64,000 nucleotides of DNA from Candidatus Limnocylindrus sp. (GCA_040397175.1 JBBAWM010000001.1:217976-281975); one strand, 5' to 3'. Shown: positions 18,030 through 28,040, counted from the stretch's first letter. Notes: generated by a model from the letters alone, not told the origin. Numbers and translations are program-made.

Positions 18030-19091
18030 TTACTGCGGCGTAGCTGCCGCGCGACGAAGGCGGTCCGCAATTGCCGAACCGAGGCCGCCCTCAGGATAGG
18101 GGGCGGCGACGATTCTCGCGGTGGGTACCGCGCGGCGGATCAGGTCAGCCTCCAGTTCATGCAGGCGCTCGAAGAGATGGGCTGCGGCGATGACGGGATC
18201 AAGCGTCTCCGAGAGGGCGACACGCATGTGGACCGTCGCGTTCGCGGCGGAGGCGAGTACCTCCAGGTGTGCGAGCGCTGCACGATCCGGCGCGAGGAGG
18301 GCGCACTCAGTTACCCCAGTCGGAAACCCAGCCGCCGCCAAGAGGAGCGGGACCGTTGGCGCATAGTGCGATTCGGTCATTCCGGGCGCCTGCAGAGGCG
18401 CGCCGGGTTGTGTCGTTGGCGTTGTCGTGACGATGCCACCGTGATCGGCGAGGAGGCGCGCGAGTTCCTCGAGCGGAACGCCGCCATGCCGCAAGAGGCG
18501 CGCCGGGCCACCGACATCGAGAGCAACAACGCTCGACTCGACGCCAATTTCGGTTGCCTTACCGAGCAGGATTGCGTCGATGCGCCCATCGAGCTGTTCG
18601 AGGACATGGTCGGCGGTCGTGGGTGAGAGGCGGCCGAAGCGATTGGCGCTCGGCGCAGCGATCGGCGTCCCCGCCGCGCGGATGAGGGCAAGCGCCGTCT
18701 CGTGTCGTGGCAGACGCACGCCCACCGTTTCGAGCCCGGCACGTACGAGCCCAGGAACTTCGGGTCGCGCCGCGGCAACGATCGTGAGTGGCCCTGGCCA
18801 GAGGGCATCCGTGAGGATGCGGATGCGCGGATCGGCAAGGGCACGCTCGGTGAAAAGGTGGGCGAGGTCGGTGCGATCCGCGATGTGCACGATGAGAGGG
18901 TCAAAGGTGGGGCGACCCTTCGCCTCAAAGATGCGCGCGACGGCGGGCGCATCGAAGGCGTTAGCACCGAGTCCGTAGACCGTCTCGGTAGGGAATGCGA
19001 CGAGGCCGCCGGCGCGGATGATCGCAGCGGCGCGCGGCATCGACTCGGCGGCGGAGTGTGGCGTTCGCGCGCGCAGGCGTTCGGTGATCAC
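18030..19091 (-). CDS. L-threonylcarbamoyladenylate synthase (Sua5/TsaC)
   Basis: VAFPTETVYGLGA, KGRP..DPLIVH, APSAN, APGM..HYAP, DRLRRAA. Confidence 0.95.
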   Translation of the reverse strand: MITERLRARTPHSAAESMPRAAAIIRAGGLVAFPTETVYGLGANAFDAPAVARIFEAKGRPTFDPLIVHIADRTDLAHLFTERALADPRIRILTDALWPGPLTIVAAARPEVPGLVRAGLETVGVRLPRHETALALIRAAGTPIAAPSANRFGRLSPTTADHVLEQLDGRIDAILLGKATEIGVESSVVALDVGGPARLLRHGGVPLEELARLLADHGGIVTTTPTTQPGAPLQAPGMTESHYAPTVPLLLAAAGFPTGVTECALLAPDRAALAHLEVLASAANATVHMRVALSETLDPVIAAAHLFERLHELEADLIRRAVPTARIVAAPYPEGGLGSAIADRLRRAAATPQ

Positions 19092-19912
19092 GCCGGTCGT
19101 GCCACGTCAATCATCAGTGCGGCGTGATCCGATGGAGATTCGCCCTTGCGTCCGTCGCGGTCCACGCTGCTCGCCACGATTTGACCGGCGCGTGCCTCAA
19201 CGAGCAGGTGATCGATGCGCATCCCCCAGCCGCGATGAAAGGCGCCGCCTCGGTAATCCCACCAGGTGAACGGTGCGCGCTCGCCGGTGGGAGCTACCGC
19301 TTGTGCCGCATCTACCAGCCCAAGGTTCACCAAGGCGTTCCAGGCGTGGCGCTCTCGCGGCGTGACATGGGTTGCCCCAACCAGTGCGGCTGGATTCCAC
19401 ACATCGGCGTCGGTCGGCGCCACGTTGAAGTCACCTCCGAGGAGGAGCGGGGCAGGCTCGGTGATGCGCTCCGCCGACCAGGCACGTAGCGCGCCAAACC
19501 AGTGAAGCTTGGCGTGGAAGTGTGGTGCGTCCACCTCGCGGCCATTCGGCGCGTAGACCGATGCGACGCGCAGCCCCCCGCACACGGCGCTGATCAGGCG
19601 CGGCTCACTGAGTAGATCGGGGAGTGTGGGGTCGCTTCCCTCCGGCGCGTAGTTGGCGATGCTCTCTTGGACTTCACTTAGTCCGTGTCGCGATGCAATC
19701 AGGACGCCGTTGCGTCCACCGGCGCCAAGGGCGGCGACCTCATACGATCGCGTCGAGAAGAGCCCTTCGGGTATCTGCGACGGATCGCACTTCGTCTCCT
19801 GCAGCAGCACGATGTCTGGTTGCGCCGCATCCAGCCAAGCGGCGACCCGCTCGGCACGGGCGCGGAGGCCGTTGACGTTCCAGGTGGCAATCCGAAGGCT
19901 TGGCGCGGTCAT
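19088..19912 (-). CDS. xth: Exodeoxyribonuclease III
   Basis: ATWNVNG, LQETK, YAPNG, GDFN, RIDH, SDHA. Confidence 0.93.
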   Translation of the reverse strand: MTAPSLRIATWNVNGLRARAERVAAWLDAAQPDIVLLQETKCDPSQIPEGLFSTRSYEVAALGAGGRNGVLIASRHGLSEVQESIANYAPEGSDPTLPDLLSEPRLISAVCGGLRVASVYAPNGREVDAPHFHAKLHWFGALRAWSAERITEPAPLLLGGDFNVAPTDADVWNPAALVGATHVTPRERHAWNALVNLGLVDAAQAVAPTGERAPFTWWDYRGGAFHRGWGMRIDHLLVEARAGQIVASSVDRDGRKGESPSDHAALMIDVARPA

Positions 19913-19926
19913 GGCTGACCCAGGCG

Positions 19927-20214
19927 CTAAGAGCGAGGCCCGCGCAAGATGGCGCCGATGATCCCCGCGTCGAGTGGCGCACCAGCCTCGCCGGTTGGAT
20001 CCGATGCTTCGGTGATGGGGTGAAGTCCGAGCGCAGTGAGTGCCGCGATCGCGGCCTGCAACTGCGCATCGGGAACAGCAAGGTGAAGTGAGCCATCTGA
20101 TTCGGGTGCGCCCATGATGCCGTCGACGGTGATACCGGCCGTGGCGAGCACAGCGGCAACGGCGGCAAGGCTGCCGACCTTCGGGGAGACCGCAACGGTA
20201 AACCAGGCGCTCAT
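19927..20214 (-). CDS. Small ACT-domain-like protein
   Basis: VSPKVGSLAAVAAVLATAGITVDGI ACT-like pattern; TATGAT-N6-ATG. Confidence 0.65.
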   Translation of the reverse strand: MSAWFTVAVSPKVGSLAAVAAVLATAGITVDGIMGAPESDGSLHLAVPDAQLQAAIAALTALGLHPITEASDPTGEAGAPLDAGIIGAILRGPRS

Positions 20215-20290
20215 GCGCCAATCATAGGGGTGGAGCTGCGCCGATGGGTGCGATCCGGGCGCACCCCGCCTGGGGTACGCCCGGAGCCAC

Positions 20291-21952
20291 TTACATTTCG
20301 GCTGGTGCGCCCTTCGCTCCGCCACGGAGCGGGATCTCTTCGATCAGGGTGGCGGCAACGAATGCCACCAGGCTCGCCACGACGGAGAGCCAGAAGATTG
20401 AACCGATCGCATCGGCAATACCCGCCTTAATCGCGTTGAAGAAGGCATCCAGGTACTGCACCGGGATCAGGCTGATGAGCGCCTGATCAAACTTGCCACC
20501 AACGTTGGTGAGCTGCGCAAAGTCACCACCAATGGCGGTGAAGAATGGGTTGAAGGTTCCCACTGGGGCGGCCTTCGCCAACTCCGCTGGAATCGTGGTG
20601 GCCAACTGCCCACCGAAGTAGGAGCCAACGAGCGCCAAGCCCACCGAACCACCAACCTGGCGGAAGAAGGTGAGGTTCGACGTTGCCGCGCCGAGGAACT
20701 TGAACGGCACCGCATTCTGCACCACGATCGTAAAGACCGAGAGAGTTGGTCCAACGCCGAGGCCGGCGAGGAACATCCAAAGGCGCAGGACCCATGGATC
20801 AGTGTCAGCCTTGATGTTCGTCAGCAGCACGGATGCTGCAGCAACGAGCAAGATGGCCCCAAGAATCAGTGTCTTGTAGCGACCGCGTCGCGCCACGATC
20901 TGGCCAGCGGCGACCGAGCTAATGATCACCCCCAGCAAGAGCGGGAGTGTGGCGTAGCCCGAATTGGTCGCCGTCTCGCCAAGTACCGTCTGGAAGTAGC
21001 GTGGCAAGAAGATGATTGAGGCGAAGAATCCGAACGAGGCGAAGAACGAGGCCGCAGCGGCGGCCGCGAACGTGCGGTTACGGAAGAGCTCGAGTGGGAT
21101 GATCGGCTCTTCGACCTTTGCCTCAATGAAGAGGAAGAGGCCAAGGAGTGCGAGTCCGAGCGAGATCAAACCAGCAACCTCTGGCGTTGCAAACGCGTTC
21201 GTCTTCACGTTGGTGAGGCCAATGAGCACCGGAATGATGCCAGCGGCAAAGACGAGCGCGCCCAAGAAGTCGATCTTCTGGTTGGCACGCCCCTTGATCG
21301 TTGGAAGCTCAAGCAGAATGATGGCAATGCTGATCAAGCCGATCGGCAGGTTGACGTAGAAGATCAGGTGCCAGCTAAAGGTGTCGGTAAGCCAGCCGCC
21401 GAGCGCTGGGCCAACGAGGCTTGCCAGTCCGAAGACTGCGCCGAAGAGCCCCTGATAGCGACCGCGCTCCTTGGCGGAGTAGAGGTCACCAATGGTTGCA
21501 AGGGCAATGGGGAAGAGCGCACCAGCGCCAAGCCCCTGAATGCCACGGAAGATGATCAGCTGCTCAATGTTCTGCGAGAGACCCGCAAGAACGGATCCGA
21601 GCAAGAAGAGTCCAACTCCGGTCAAGAGAAGCGGCTTACGGCCGTACATGTCGGAAAGCTTGCCGTAGATCGGCACCGTTACCGTGCTCGCAAGCAGATA
21701 GATGGTTACGACCCAGGTGTAGAGATTTGCACCACTCAAATCGGTGATGATCTTCGGGAGCGCAGTGCCGACGATCGTCTGGTCCAGCGCGCCCAAGAAG
21801 AGGGCAAGCATGATCGCGACGATGATTCCCTGCTTGGCACGCTTCGAAAGGTCGGCCCCTGCAGGTCCAGGTGCCGCTTTCGCCGCTGCCGGCTTCTTCG
21901 CCGTTGCGGTTTTCTTCGCCGCAACGGGGCGGCGAGACTTGGTTGTGGCCAT
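20291..21952 (-). CDS. MFS DHA2 (EmrB/QacA-like) efflux transporter
   Basis: LDQTIVGTALP, GKLSDMYGRK, RGIQGLG, FYVNLPIG; SD GGAGGT. Confidence 0.95.
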   Translation of the reverse strand: MATTKSRRPVAAKKTATAKKPAAAKAAPGPAGADLSKRAKQGIIVAIMLALFLGALDQTIVGTALPKIITDLSGANLYTWVVTIYLLASTVTVPIYGKLSDMYGRKPLLLTGVGLFLLGSVLAGLSQNIEQLIIFRGIQGLGAGALFPIALATIGDLYSAKERGRYQGLFGAVFGLASLVGPALGGWLTDTFSWHLIFYVNLPIGLISIAIILLELPTIKGRANQKIDFLGALVFAAGIIPVLIGLTNVKTNAFATPEVAGLISLGLALLGLFLFIEAKVEEPIIPLELFRNRTFAAAAAASFFASFGFFASIIFLPRYFQTVLGETATNSGYATLPLLLGVIISSVAAGQIVARRGRYKTLILGAILLVAAASVLLTNIKADTDPWVLRLWMFLAGLGVGPTLSVFTIVVQNAVPFKFLGAATSNLTFFRQVGGSVGLALVGSYFGGQLATTIPAELAKAAPVGTFNPFFTAIGGDFAQLTNVGGKFDQALISLIPVQYLDAFFNAIKAGIADAIGSIFWLSVVASLVAFVAATLIEEIPLRGGAKGAPAEM

Positions 21953-22054
21953 TCGGTGAACCTCCATATCGCGCCGTCGGGTCTCCGACGATACTTCGCG
22001 TTGCAACTACCTTACCCTGCACCGCAGATGCCTGCTGAGCGGTAGGGTTCCCCT

Positions 22055-22996
22055 ATGCAGATTGCCGTGGTCATTGAGGGGCAGATGAACCTGTCGTACG
22101 AGCAGCAGCTCGCTGCCGCTCGGCGAGCTGAGGCTGTTGGCATCAGTGGCTTCTTCCGCACCGACCATTACGAATCGTTCCCAGGCTCCGACGACCAGGC
22201 GACCACCGACGCCTGGAGCGTGTTAGCGGGGATCGCTCGTGAAACGAAATCCATCACCCTCGGCACGCTGGTTAGCCCGGTTACCTTCCGAGCCCCGGGG
22301 GAGTTCGCCAAGGTGGTTGCAACGGTGCAAGAGATGGCGGGGCGGCGGATTCACGCCGGCCTCGGCACCGGCTGGCACGAGTCGGAGCATCGCCGCTACG
22401 GCTTCCCATTCCCCGAAATGGCGACGCGTGCAGAGATGCTCGAAGAGCAGCTTGAGATCGTTCGCGGACTCTGGGCAGGCTCCGACGGCTGGTCGTTCAG
22501 CGGCAAGCACTACAGCGTGAGCGACGCCCTCTTCCGACCAAAGCCAACACCCGTTCCGTGGATCATCACCGGCGGTGAAGGCTCGCCGCGCGGCATGCGC
22601 ATCGCAGCGAAGCACTCGGATGAATTCAACCTCACCTCATCGACCCCTGCGACCGCCCGCGAGAAGTTCGCGCAGCTCGACGCAACGTGTGCCGCGGCTG
22701 GGCGGGCGCCCGAGAGTCTTGCGCGCTCCGCGATGACGGGCATGATGATCGGTCGAACGGAGGCGGAGTATCTTGAGAAGCTGCGCGGCTTCATGTCGCG
22801 CGTTGGGGCGGCTGGGGATCCGGAGGAGTACCTCGCACCACGTCGCGCACGATGGCTGGTCGGCACTCCCGACCAAGCGTTGGTGCAGATGCGCGCATTT
22901 CGCGATGCTGGGGCGAGTCGACTGATGGTGCAACACATGGATCCTACGGAGACCGCATCGCTCGATCTGCTTGCGGAGCTCCACGCGCAGCTCTAG
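22055..22996 (+). CDS. LLM-class (luciferase-like, probably F420-dependent) oxidoreductase
   Basis: FFRTDHY, DAWSVLAGIARET, LGTLVSPVTFR, GLGTGW. Confidence 0.9.
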   Translation: MQIAVVIEGQMNLSYEQQLAAARRAEAVGISGFFRTDHYESFPGSDDQATTDAWSVLAGIARETKSITLGTLVSPVTFRAPGEFAKVVATVQEMAGRRIHAGLGTGWHESEHRRYGFPFPEMATRAEMLEEQLEIVRGLWAGSDGWSFSGKHYSVSDALFRPKPTPVPWIITGGEGSPRGMRIAAKHSDEFNLTSSTPATAREKFAQLDATCAAAGRAPESLARSAMTGMMIGRTEAEYLEKLRGFMSRVGAAGDPEEYLAPRRARWLVGTPDQALVQMRAFRDAGASRLMVQHMDPTETASLDLLAELHAQL

Positions 22997-23005
22997 CGCA
23001 CCCAC

Positions 23006-23365
23006 TCAACGCAACGCGGCGATCCTTCCACGGCGGTCGCGCGGCCCGATGCGAAAGATCACCCTGCCACGGAGTGCGCTGGATGGCAGTGCGCCGTCCT
23101 GACGCGAGTCACGCGAGAGGGCGGCGTTATCCCCGAGGAGCCAGAGTCCCGATACACCTGGAGGTGGGGGAGCCACACGCTTAACGTCGAGGCGACCGTC
23201 GCGCGCAACGATGACCACGCTGCCGATCGGTGGTGCGCCACGGAGGCCTGGGAGGCCATCGGGGCCCGCAGGAAGCACAAGGAGCCGGTCCCCCGGAAGG
23301 AGGGCCGGCTCCATTGAGCGTTCAGCAACATCGGCGACCCAGATCCGTCTGGGCCGTTTCGTCAC
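23006..23365 (-). CDS. sodX: Nickel-SOD maturation protease (S26 family)
   Basis: SMEPALLPGD, VKRV, GDN...DSR; directly downstream of sodN. Confidence 0.9.
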   Translation of the reverse strand: MTKRPRRIWVADVAERSMEPALLPGDRLLVLPAGPDGLPGLRGAPPIGSVVIVARDGRLDVKRVAPPPPGVSGLWLLGDNAALSRDSRQDGALPSSALRGRVIFRIGPRDRRGRIAALR

Positions 23366-23374
23366 AGCGGTGCG

Positions 23375-23785
23375 TTACGCCTTCGACGCGACGAACGTGG
23401 CAGCGAACGCCTCGGTCGCGGCAACAAGTTCTGCCGCTGCAGCTGGGTCAACGTTCTGCTTGTTCTTCGATGCCAACTTCAACAGCTTCCAGACCTGGTC
23501 GTGCAGCCCTGGGAACTTCGCCAGGTGCTCTGCCTTGAAGTAGTCGGACCAGATCACCTGAACCTCATGCTTCACCTTTTCGGCGTGCTCCTCTTTCGTC
23601 GTGATGCAACGCACGAGCTTATTGCGCGTGGCGGCATCGGTTACCTCAATCTGCCCGATCAGTTCGACCATGCGCGCGACCGTCTTGGCGGCTACGACCG
23701 CCCCCGATGGGTCATAGATGCCACACGGCACATCGCAGTGCGCATGGACGGTGACTGGTGTGAACTCGGTGAATAGGTTTCGCAT
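23375..23785 (-). CDS. sodN: Nickel superoxide dismutase precursor
   Basis: 15-aa leader then Ni-hook HCDVPCGIYDP; KEEHA, IWSDYFK. Confidence 0.97.
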   Translation of the reverse strand: MRNLFTEFTPVTVHAHCDVPCGIYDPSGAVVAAKTVARMVELIGQIEVTDAATRNKLVRCITTKEEHAEKVKHEVQVIWSDYFKAEHLAKFPGLHDQVWKLLKLASKNKQNVDPAAAAELVAATEAFAATFVASKA

Positions 23786-23798
23786 GTTGCTCTCCTCT

Positions 23799-24155
23799 CT
23801 ACTTGCTGATTGAGTTGACAAATACGGCAACCGCCACGTTGAGCAGCGCAAGTATGCCGATTGCGTGATACGTGTTCGCAGCAATGGAGACGTCCTTTCG
23901 ACGTGGCCACGCCAGCAGCAAGATCACAGCCGTGACGGCAATCTTGATGCCGTACTTCGTACGGTTGACCGGGTCGGTCCCCATCTCGGCGATCCCAAGA
24001 AGTAGGATGCCCGTTACGAACTGGAGCAGTGTCCCGTGCGTGATTCCAGCCGAAAGTCGCTTTGGGGAGTTCGATAGTCCGGCGAAGTAGCCGCCCACGA
24101 TTGCAGCCATACCGAGTAAATGAATGAAGACGAGTACGAGCGTTGCGGACTCCAT
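23799..24155 (-). CDS. 4-TM membrane protein, upstream of sodN
   Basis: HLLGMAAIVGG, QFVTG, KYGIK pattern; 13-bp gap to sodN. Confidence 0.75.
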   Translation of the reverse strand: MESATLVLVFIHLLGMAAIVGGYFAGLSNSPKRLSAGITHGTLLQFVTGILLLGIAEMGTDPVNRTKYGIKIAVTAVILLLAWPRRKDVSIAANTYHAIGILALLNVAVAVFVNSISK

Positions 24156-24269
24156 AGGTGCCCCTCTCTGCTGCGCGGCCAGGCTGGCCGCCCCTCCCTA
24201 CGGTAGCGGACTGTGCGGCGTGCGGCAGCCTCTCGTGGTGGGGGGTGTGAGCGTGTAGGGTTTCACGAT

Positions 24270-25031
24270 ATGAGTGAGCGAAAGGTTCGGGCGTACAGCT
24301 CGTACAGCCGAGATGCCTTGATCCCGCCCGCAGAGGGCGAGGGTGTCGCGTGGCTCGGGCGCCAGCCGTGGGCTGAGGCGAGCCTCTCCTACCGAGCCCT
24401 ACGGCTCACGCTGCGCCTGGTGCTTGGTGCCTTGGGCATGCGCGTGCGTGGGATCGGCCTAGACCGATTGGCGACATCGGGGCCGCGCATCCTCGTTGGC
24501 GCCCCGCATCGTCGCTACTACGAAGCGTTCGCGCTAGGCATCGTCGCCCCCGCAGCGCCGCGGATCTGGTGGCTCGGCCTCGGACCCTTCATCGTTGGTC
24601 GTGGTCGCATCCGTGCGGGGCTGCTGCGACGGCTCGGTGGCCTCCTTCCCGTTTGGCGCGGCACGAGCGGCATTGAGACGCATCTGAATGCGGCGAGCGC
24701 GGTCTTCGCCGCCGGTGCCCACTACGGCGTAATGCCCGAAGGGGGAACCGGCGGGCCTGTTGATCGCTTCGCCGAGTTCCGCCCAGGCGCCGCGATTATC
24801 GCCATGCGCACGGGGGTGCCCGTCGTGCCGGTGATCTTCCGATTCCACAACCGCAGGTTTGGCCTACCCAGCGTTGAGGTCATCGCGCTCGAGGACACCT
24901 CTCCGTGTACGGATCGTCCGACACCAGCATCTGGGAGCCGGGAGGAGTTGAGCTTCGCTGCGGAATGGAGCGAATCCCTTGCTGATCGTATGGAGACGAT
25001 GTGGCGCGAGGGGCTAGGATCCGCGTCATGA
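24270..25031 (+). CDS. Lysophospholipid/glycerol acyltransferase (PlsC-like)
   Basis: PHRRYYE (Hx4D-like), MPEGG, FRPGAA, VPVVPV. Confidence 0.75.
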   Translation: MSERKVRAYSSYSRDALIPPAEGEGVAWLGRQPWAEASLSYRALRLTLRLVLGALGMRVRGIGLDRLATSGPRILVGAPHRRYYEAFALGIVAPAAPRIWWLGLGPFIVGRGRIRAGLLRRLGGLLPVWRGTSGIETHLNAASAVFAAGAHYGVMPEGGTGGPVDRFAEFRPGAAIIAMRTGVPVVPVIFRFHNRRFGLPSVEVIALEDTSPCTDRPTPASGSREELSFAAEWSESLADRMETMWREGLGSAS

Positions 25032-25876
25032 GCGCCAACGTTTGTCCCTTTATTGCGACGGGGGCCGACTCCTCGAAGCGATCGTCGCAGCCGAGTGCGG
25101 CGCACTCCTGTTTCGCGACGCGTCCCGCTGAGCCGATCAATCTGCAGCGACAGGGTGAGACGTGCCTCACGCCAACATTTACCTCCTGCCCAATCTTTCT
25201 CGCGTGGGCGTCACGAGAAGCGGCGCAAACCATCGATGCGCCGGCACCCCAGCCGCTCCCATTCGGCACCCCCGCAGCGAGCGCCCCAGTAGATCTGGCG
25301 GCCGCAACCCTTGGCATCGATGAGATTGATGTCGCGTATGACGATCTGCCCGAGGGAAGTATCTGGTCCGCTGCACCAACACCTGGAGAGCAGAAGTACG
25401 AGCTCAGTCCAGCCGAAGAGGAACGCGCGCGCCTGGTGCCGCTCCACAAGCGTCGCTCCATGGATGATGAGGCGCCTCGCGCCGCACTCCGACTCCCCAA
25501 GATTCCAGGGGGAACTCGAGGCGCCGCGGCGTCACTCGTGCTCGCCGCAGTCGTGCTCTTCTCGCTCCCGACGATCTTGAAGGGGGTGAATGGCTTCATC
25601 GCCGGAGTGACGGCAACACCATCGCCGAGCGCCTCACCAACGTCGAAGGCCAGCCCAACGCCAACGCCGACGCCGACGCCAACTCCAGAATCGGTGACCT
25701 ACCGCGTAAAGTCGGGCGACTCCCTGAGCAAGATTGCCGGGATCTACCAGGTCAGCATCGATGTGATCTTGAGTGCAAATCCCGCGATAGATCGCAAGAA
25801 GCTCACGATTTTCGTTGGTCAGGAGTTGATCATCCCGCAGGTGATCCCCGATGTGGTGACCTCGCCAAGCCCGTAG
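25028..25876 (+). CDS. Membrane-anchored LysM protein with N-terminal Cys-rich domain
   Basis: N-term CPF..HSC..CL..SCP; one TM; PT linker; YRVKSGDSLSKIA...GQELIIP LysM. Confidence 0.88.
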   Translation: MSANVCPFIATGADSSKRSSQPSAAHSCFATRPAEPINLQRQGETCLTPTFTSCPIFLAWASREAAQTIDAPAPQPLPFGTPAASAPVDLAAATLGIDEIDVAYDDLPEGSIWSAAPTPGEQKYELSPAEEERARLVPLHKRRSMDDEAPRAALRLPKIPGGTRGAAASLVLAAVVLFSLPTILKGVNGFIAGVTATPSPSASPTSKASPTPTPTPTPTPESVTYRVKSGDSLSKIAGIYQVSIDVILSANPAIDRKKLTIFVGQELIIPQVIPDVVTSPSP

Positions 25877-25887
25877 CGGGCGCGGTG

Positions 25888-26223
25888 CTAGCGGTCGCGC
25901 GGCGAGAAGTTGATTGCGGTGATCTTGCCCGCTTCGACCTTGAAGGTTGCGTCGATCTTGCTGCTCTTTGATCCGGGTCGCACGACGAGGATGTCGCACT
26001 CCACCTGATGGCCAGTGTCCTTGACTTCGCCTGGAATCATGCGCAGCCCCTTGTCGGCGCGCAGGAACCAGCCGCCAACTCGCTCATGGCCCTTGAGTAG
26101 CTGGACGCTCTCAGCAACATGGACGCGCATCTCGATGCGCTCATCCATGAGCTTGAGGGCGCCGGCGCGGTCGTCGGCATTCAGCAGCTCAAAGAAGGCG
26201 TCGGTTGTGTCTTGTGCACCCAT
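25888..26223 (-). CDS. NTF2/SnoaL-like small protein
   Basis: FFELLNADD...LKGHERV...FKVEAGKITAI pattern. Confidence 0.7.
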   Translation of the reverse strand: MGAQDTTDAFFELLNADDRAGALKLMDERIEMRVHVAESVQLLKGHERVGGWFLRADKGLRMIPGEVKDTGHQVECDILVVRPGSKSSKIDATFKVEAGKITAINFSPRDR

Positions 26224-26229
26224 GCGCTG

Positions 26230-26239
26230 ATGGTACCCT
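26230..26239. promoter_or_regulatory. Putative bidirectional -10 element (TACCAT on minus, TACCCT on plus)
   Basis: ATGGTACCCT lies 6 nt from the minus-strand ATG (26223) and 7 nt from the plus-strand ATG (26247). Confidence 0.65.
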
Positions 26240-26246
26240 GCCGACC

Positions 26247-28040
26247 ATGATCGATGCCCTTGACGCCGCCGGCCTCCTTACCCGCTTCGCGGCGCTCCAC
26301 CCCGTTGCCGCAACGGGGATGGGGATCCATGATCACGACGGATCATGGGGCGAGCGCGGCCCCGCCGGTCGCGCGGCGCGGTTGGGCTGGTGCGACCGAG
26401 AAGAGGGACGCCTCGTTGCCATCCCAACGGCGAGCCTTAGCCCCGACGATCTCTGCGATCGCGACCTGGCCCTCGGCACGATTCGCGCAATTCGGTTCGA
26501 GCTCCAAGAGGTGCAACCTGAAGCCTGGGATGCCCTGCATACCGTCTCCGTGATTGGGGGTGGGCTCTTTCCACTCATCGCCCGTGGCTTCGGCACGCGG
26601 GAGCGTCGCGCCAGCGATCTGGCGAGTCGGTTGGCGCAGGTGCCCGCCCTGCTCGACGGTGCGATCACGGACCTCACCGGCCTCGCTGAACTCCGCGTGC
26701 CCGCCGACGATGGCGCACCGCGCCGCGGGGGAGAACTCCCGCCGACCGGCACCGTAACGCTGCCAGCGCGGCCCGTCAGTCGACTGCACACCGAAACGGC
26801 GATCGCACAGGCGCCCGGCATTGCTGAACTCGCCGAGCTAGCGGTGGCAACCTACGGCGACACACTCCGTGCCCCAGCCGATGCGGCCATCGCCGCCACA
26901 ACTCGGTTCATTGAGCGCCTCCAGCGCGAGGTGCTGCCAACGAGTTCTGGCGAGGGGCGCTTTGGCGCAGTGCTCTACGACCGTGCCTTGCGCCACACCC
27001 TCTTCGGATCACACGACCGCGCTGCGATTGCCGCCAAGGGCGAACAGGAGTTTGCCGCGGTACGAGCGCGCATGATCTCGATTGCCCAACGCATTGCGCC
27101 GGAGTGGCTCGGCGAACGCGCGACCGCAGCGCTCAGCGGCGATCGTTCCGCTCTCGTTGCCGAGGTTCTGCATGCGATTGGCGGCGATCACTGTGCGCCA
27201 GAAGAGATGCTCGATCGGTCCCGCGCGGAGACGGCACGATGCGAGGCATTCATCCGAAAAACGGGTCTCGTGGACCTGCCGAAGGAGCCACTCGAGATCA
27301 TGTGGACGCCGCTCTTCTTGCGCGCATATGCGGGTGCATTCCTTGACGCACCAGGCCCGCTCGATCGCGGTGAGAAGAGCTTCTTCTACGTCACGCCTGC
27401 CCCTGACGGCGCGACCCCAGAACAGGTTGAGTCGAAGATGCGCGAAGACAACAACCGCATGTTGGCGCTCCTCGCCATTCATGAGGCGATCCCAGGCCAC
27501 TATCTACAATTGGCGGCGGCGAACCAGACGCCACGTCCACTTCGTGCCGCGTTCGGCTCGGGCGTCTTCGCCGAAGGGTGGGCGGTCTACGTGACGCAGG
27601 TGATGCTCGACGAGGGTTTCGGTGATGGCGATCTGGCGCTGGAGCTCGTGCACTGGAAGTTCTACCTGCGCTGTATTGCCAACGCGCTCCTCGATGCAGG
27701 GATTCATGCTGATGACCGAGATGAGGCCTGGGCGCTCCACCTGATGGTTGGTCAGAGCTGGCAAGAGGAGGCGGAGGCGAAGGCGAAGTATCTCCGCGCG
27801 CGCCTCACCTCGACGCAGCTACCGACCTACTTCGTGGGCTCCATGGGGTGCTGGGAGATTGAGGATCGCGCGCGTCGCGCCGCTCGGGGGCCCGTTGCCC
27901 ATGTCGACGGCGCTGACCTGCCTGGAAACCGGGTAGCGACCCCAGGATTCTCGCGACCGACGCACCTGCGCGCGGTGCTTTCGCACGGCACGCCACCCAT
28001 TCCGCTCCTTGAACGACTGCTCGGCCTCGGAGGGAGCTAG
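26247..28040 (+). CDS. DUF885-family protein (putative metallopeptidase)
   Basis: HEAIPGHYLQ, FAEGWAVY, TQLPTYFVG. Confidence 0.9.
   Translation: MIDALDAAGLLTRFAALHPVAATGMGIHDHDGSWGERGPAGRAARLGWCDREEGRLVAIPTASLSPDDLCDRDLALGTIRAIRFELQEVQPEAWDALHTVSVIGGGLFPLIARGFGTRERRASDLASRLAQVPALLDGAITDLTGLAELRVPADDGAPRRGGELPPTGTVTLPARPVSRLHTETAIAQAPGIAELAELAVATYGDTLRAPADAAIAATTRFIERLQREVLPTSSGEGRFGAVLYDRALRHTLFGSHDRAAIAAKGEQEFAAVRARMISIAQRIAPEWLGERATAALSGDRSALVAEVLHAIGGDHCAPEEMLDRSRAETARCEAFIRKTGLVDLPKEPLEIMWTPLFLRAYAGAFLDAPGPLDRGEKSFFYVTPAPDGATPEQVESKMREDNNRMLALLAIHEAIPGHYLQLAAANQTPRPLRAAFGSGVFAEGWAVYVTQVMLDEGFGDGDLALELVHWKFYLRCIANALLDAGIHADDRDEAWALHLMVGQSWQEEAEAKAKYLRARLTSTQLPTYFVGSMGCWEIEDRARRAARGPVAHVDGADLPGNRVATPGFSRPTHLRAVLSHGTPPIPLLERLLGLGGS

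Noticed and set aside
25615-25690. CCAACG/CCGACG repeats
   Set aside because: They simply encode the Pro-Thr/Ser linker of the LysM protein.
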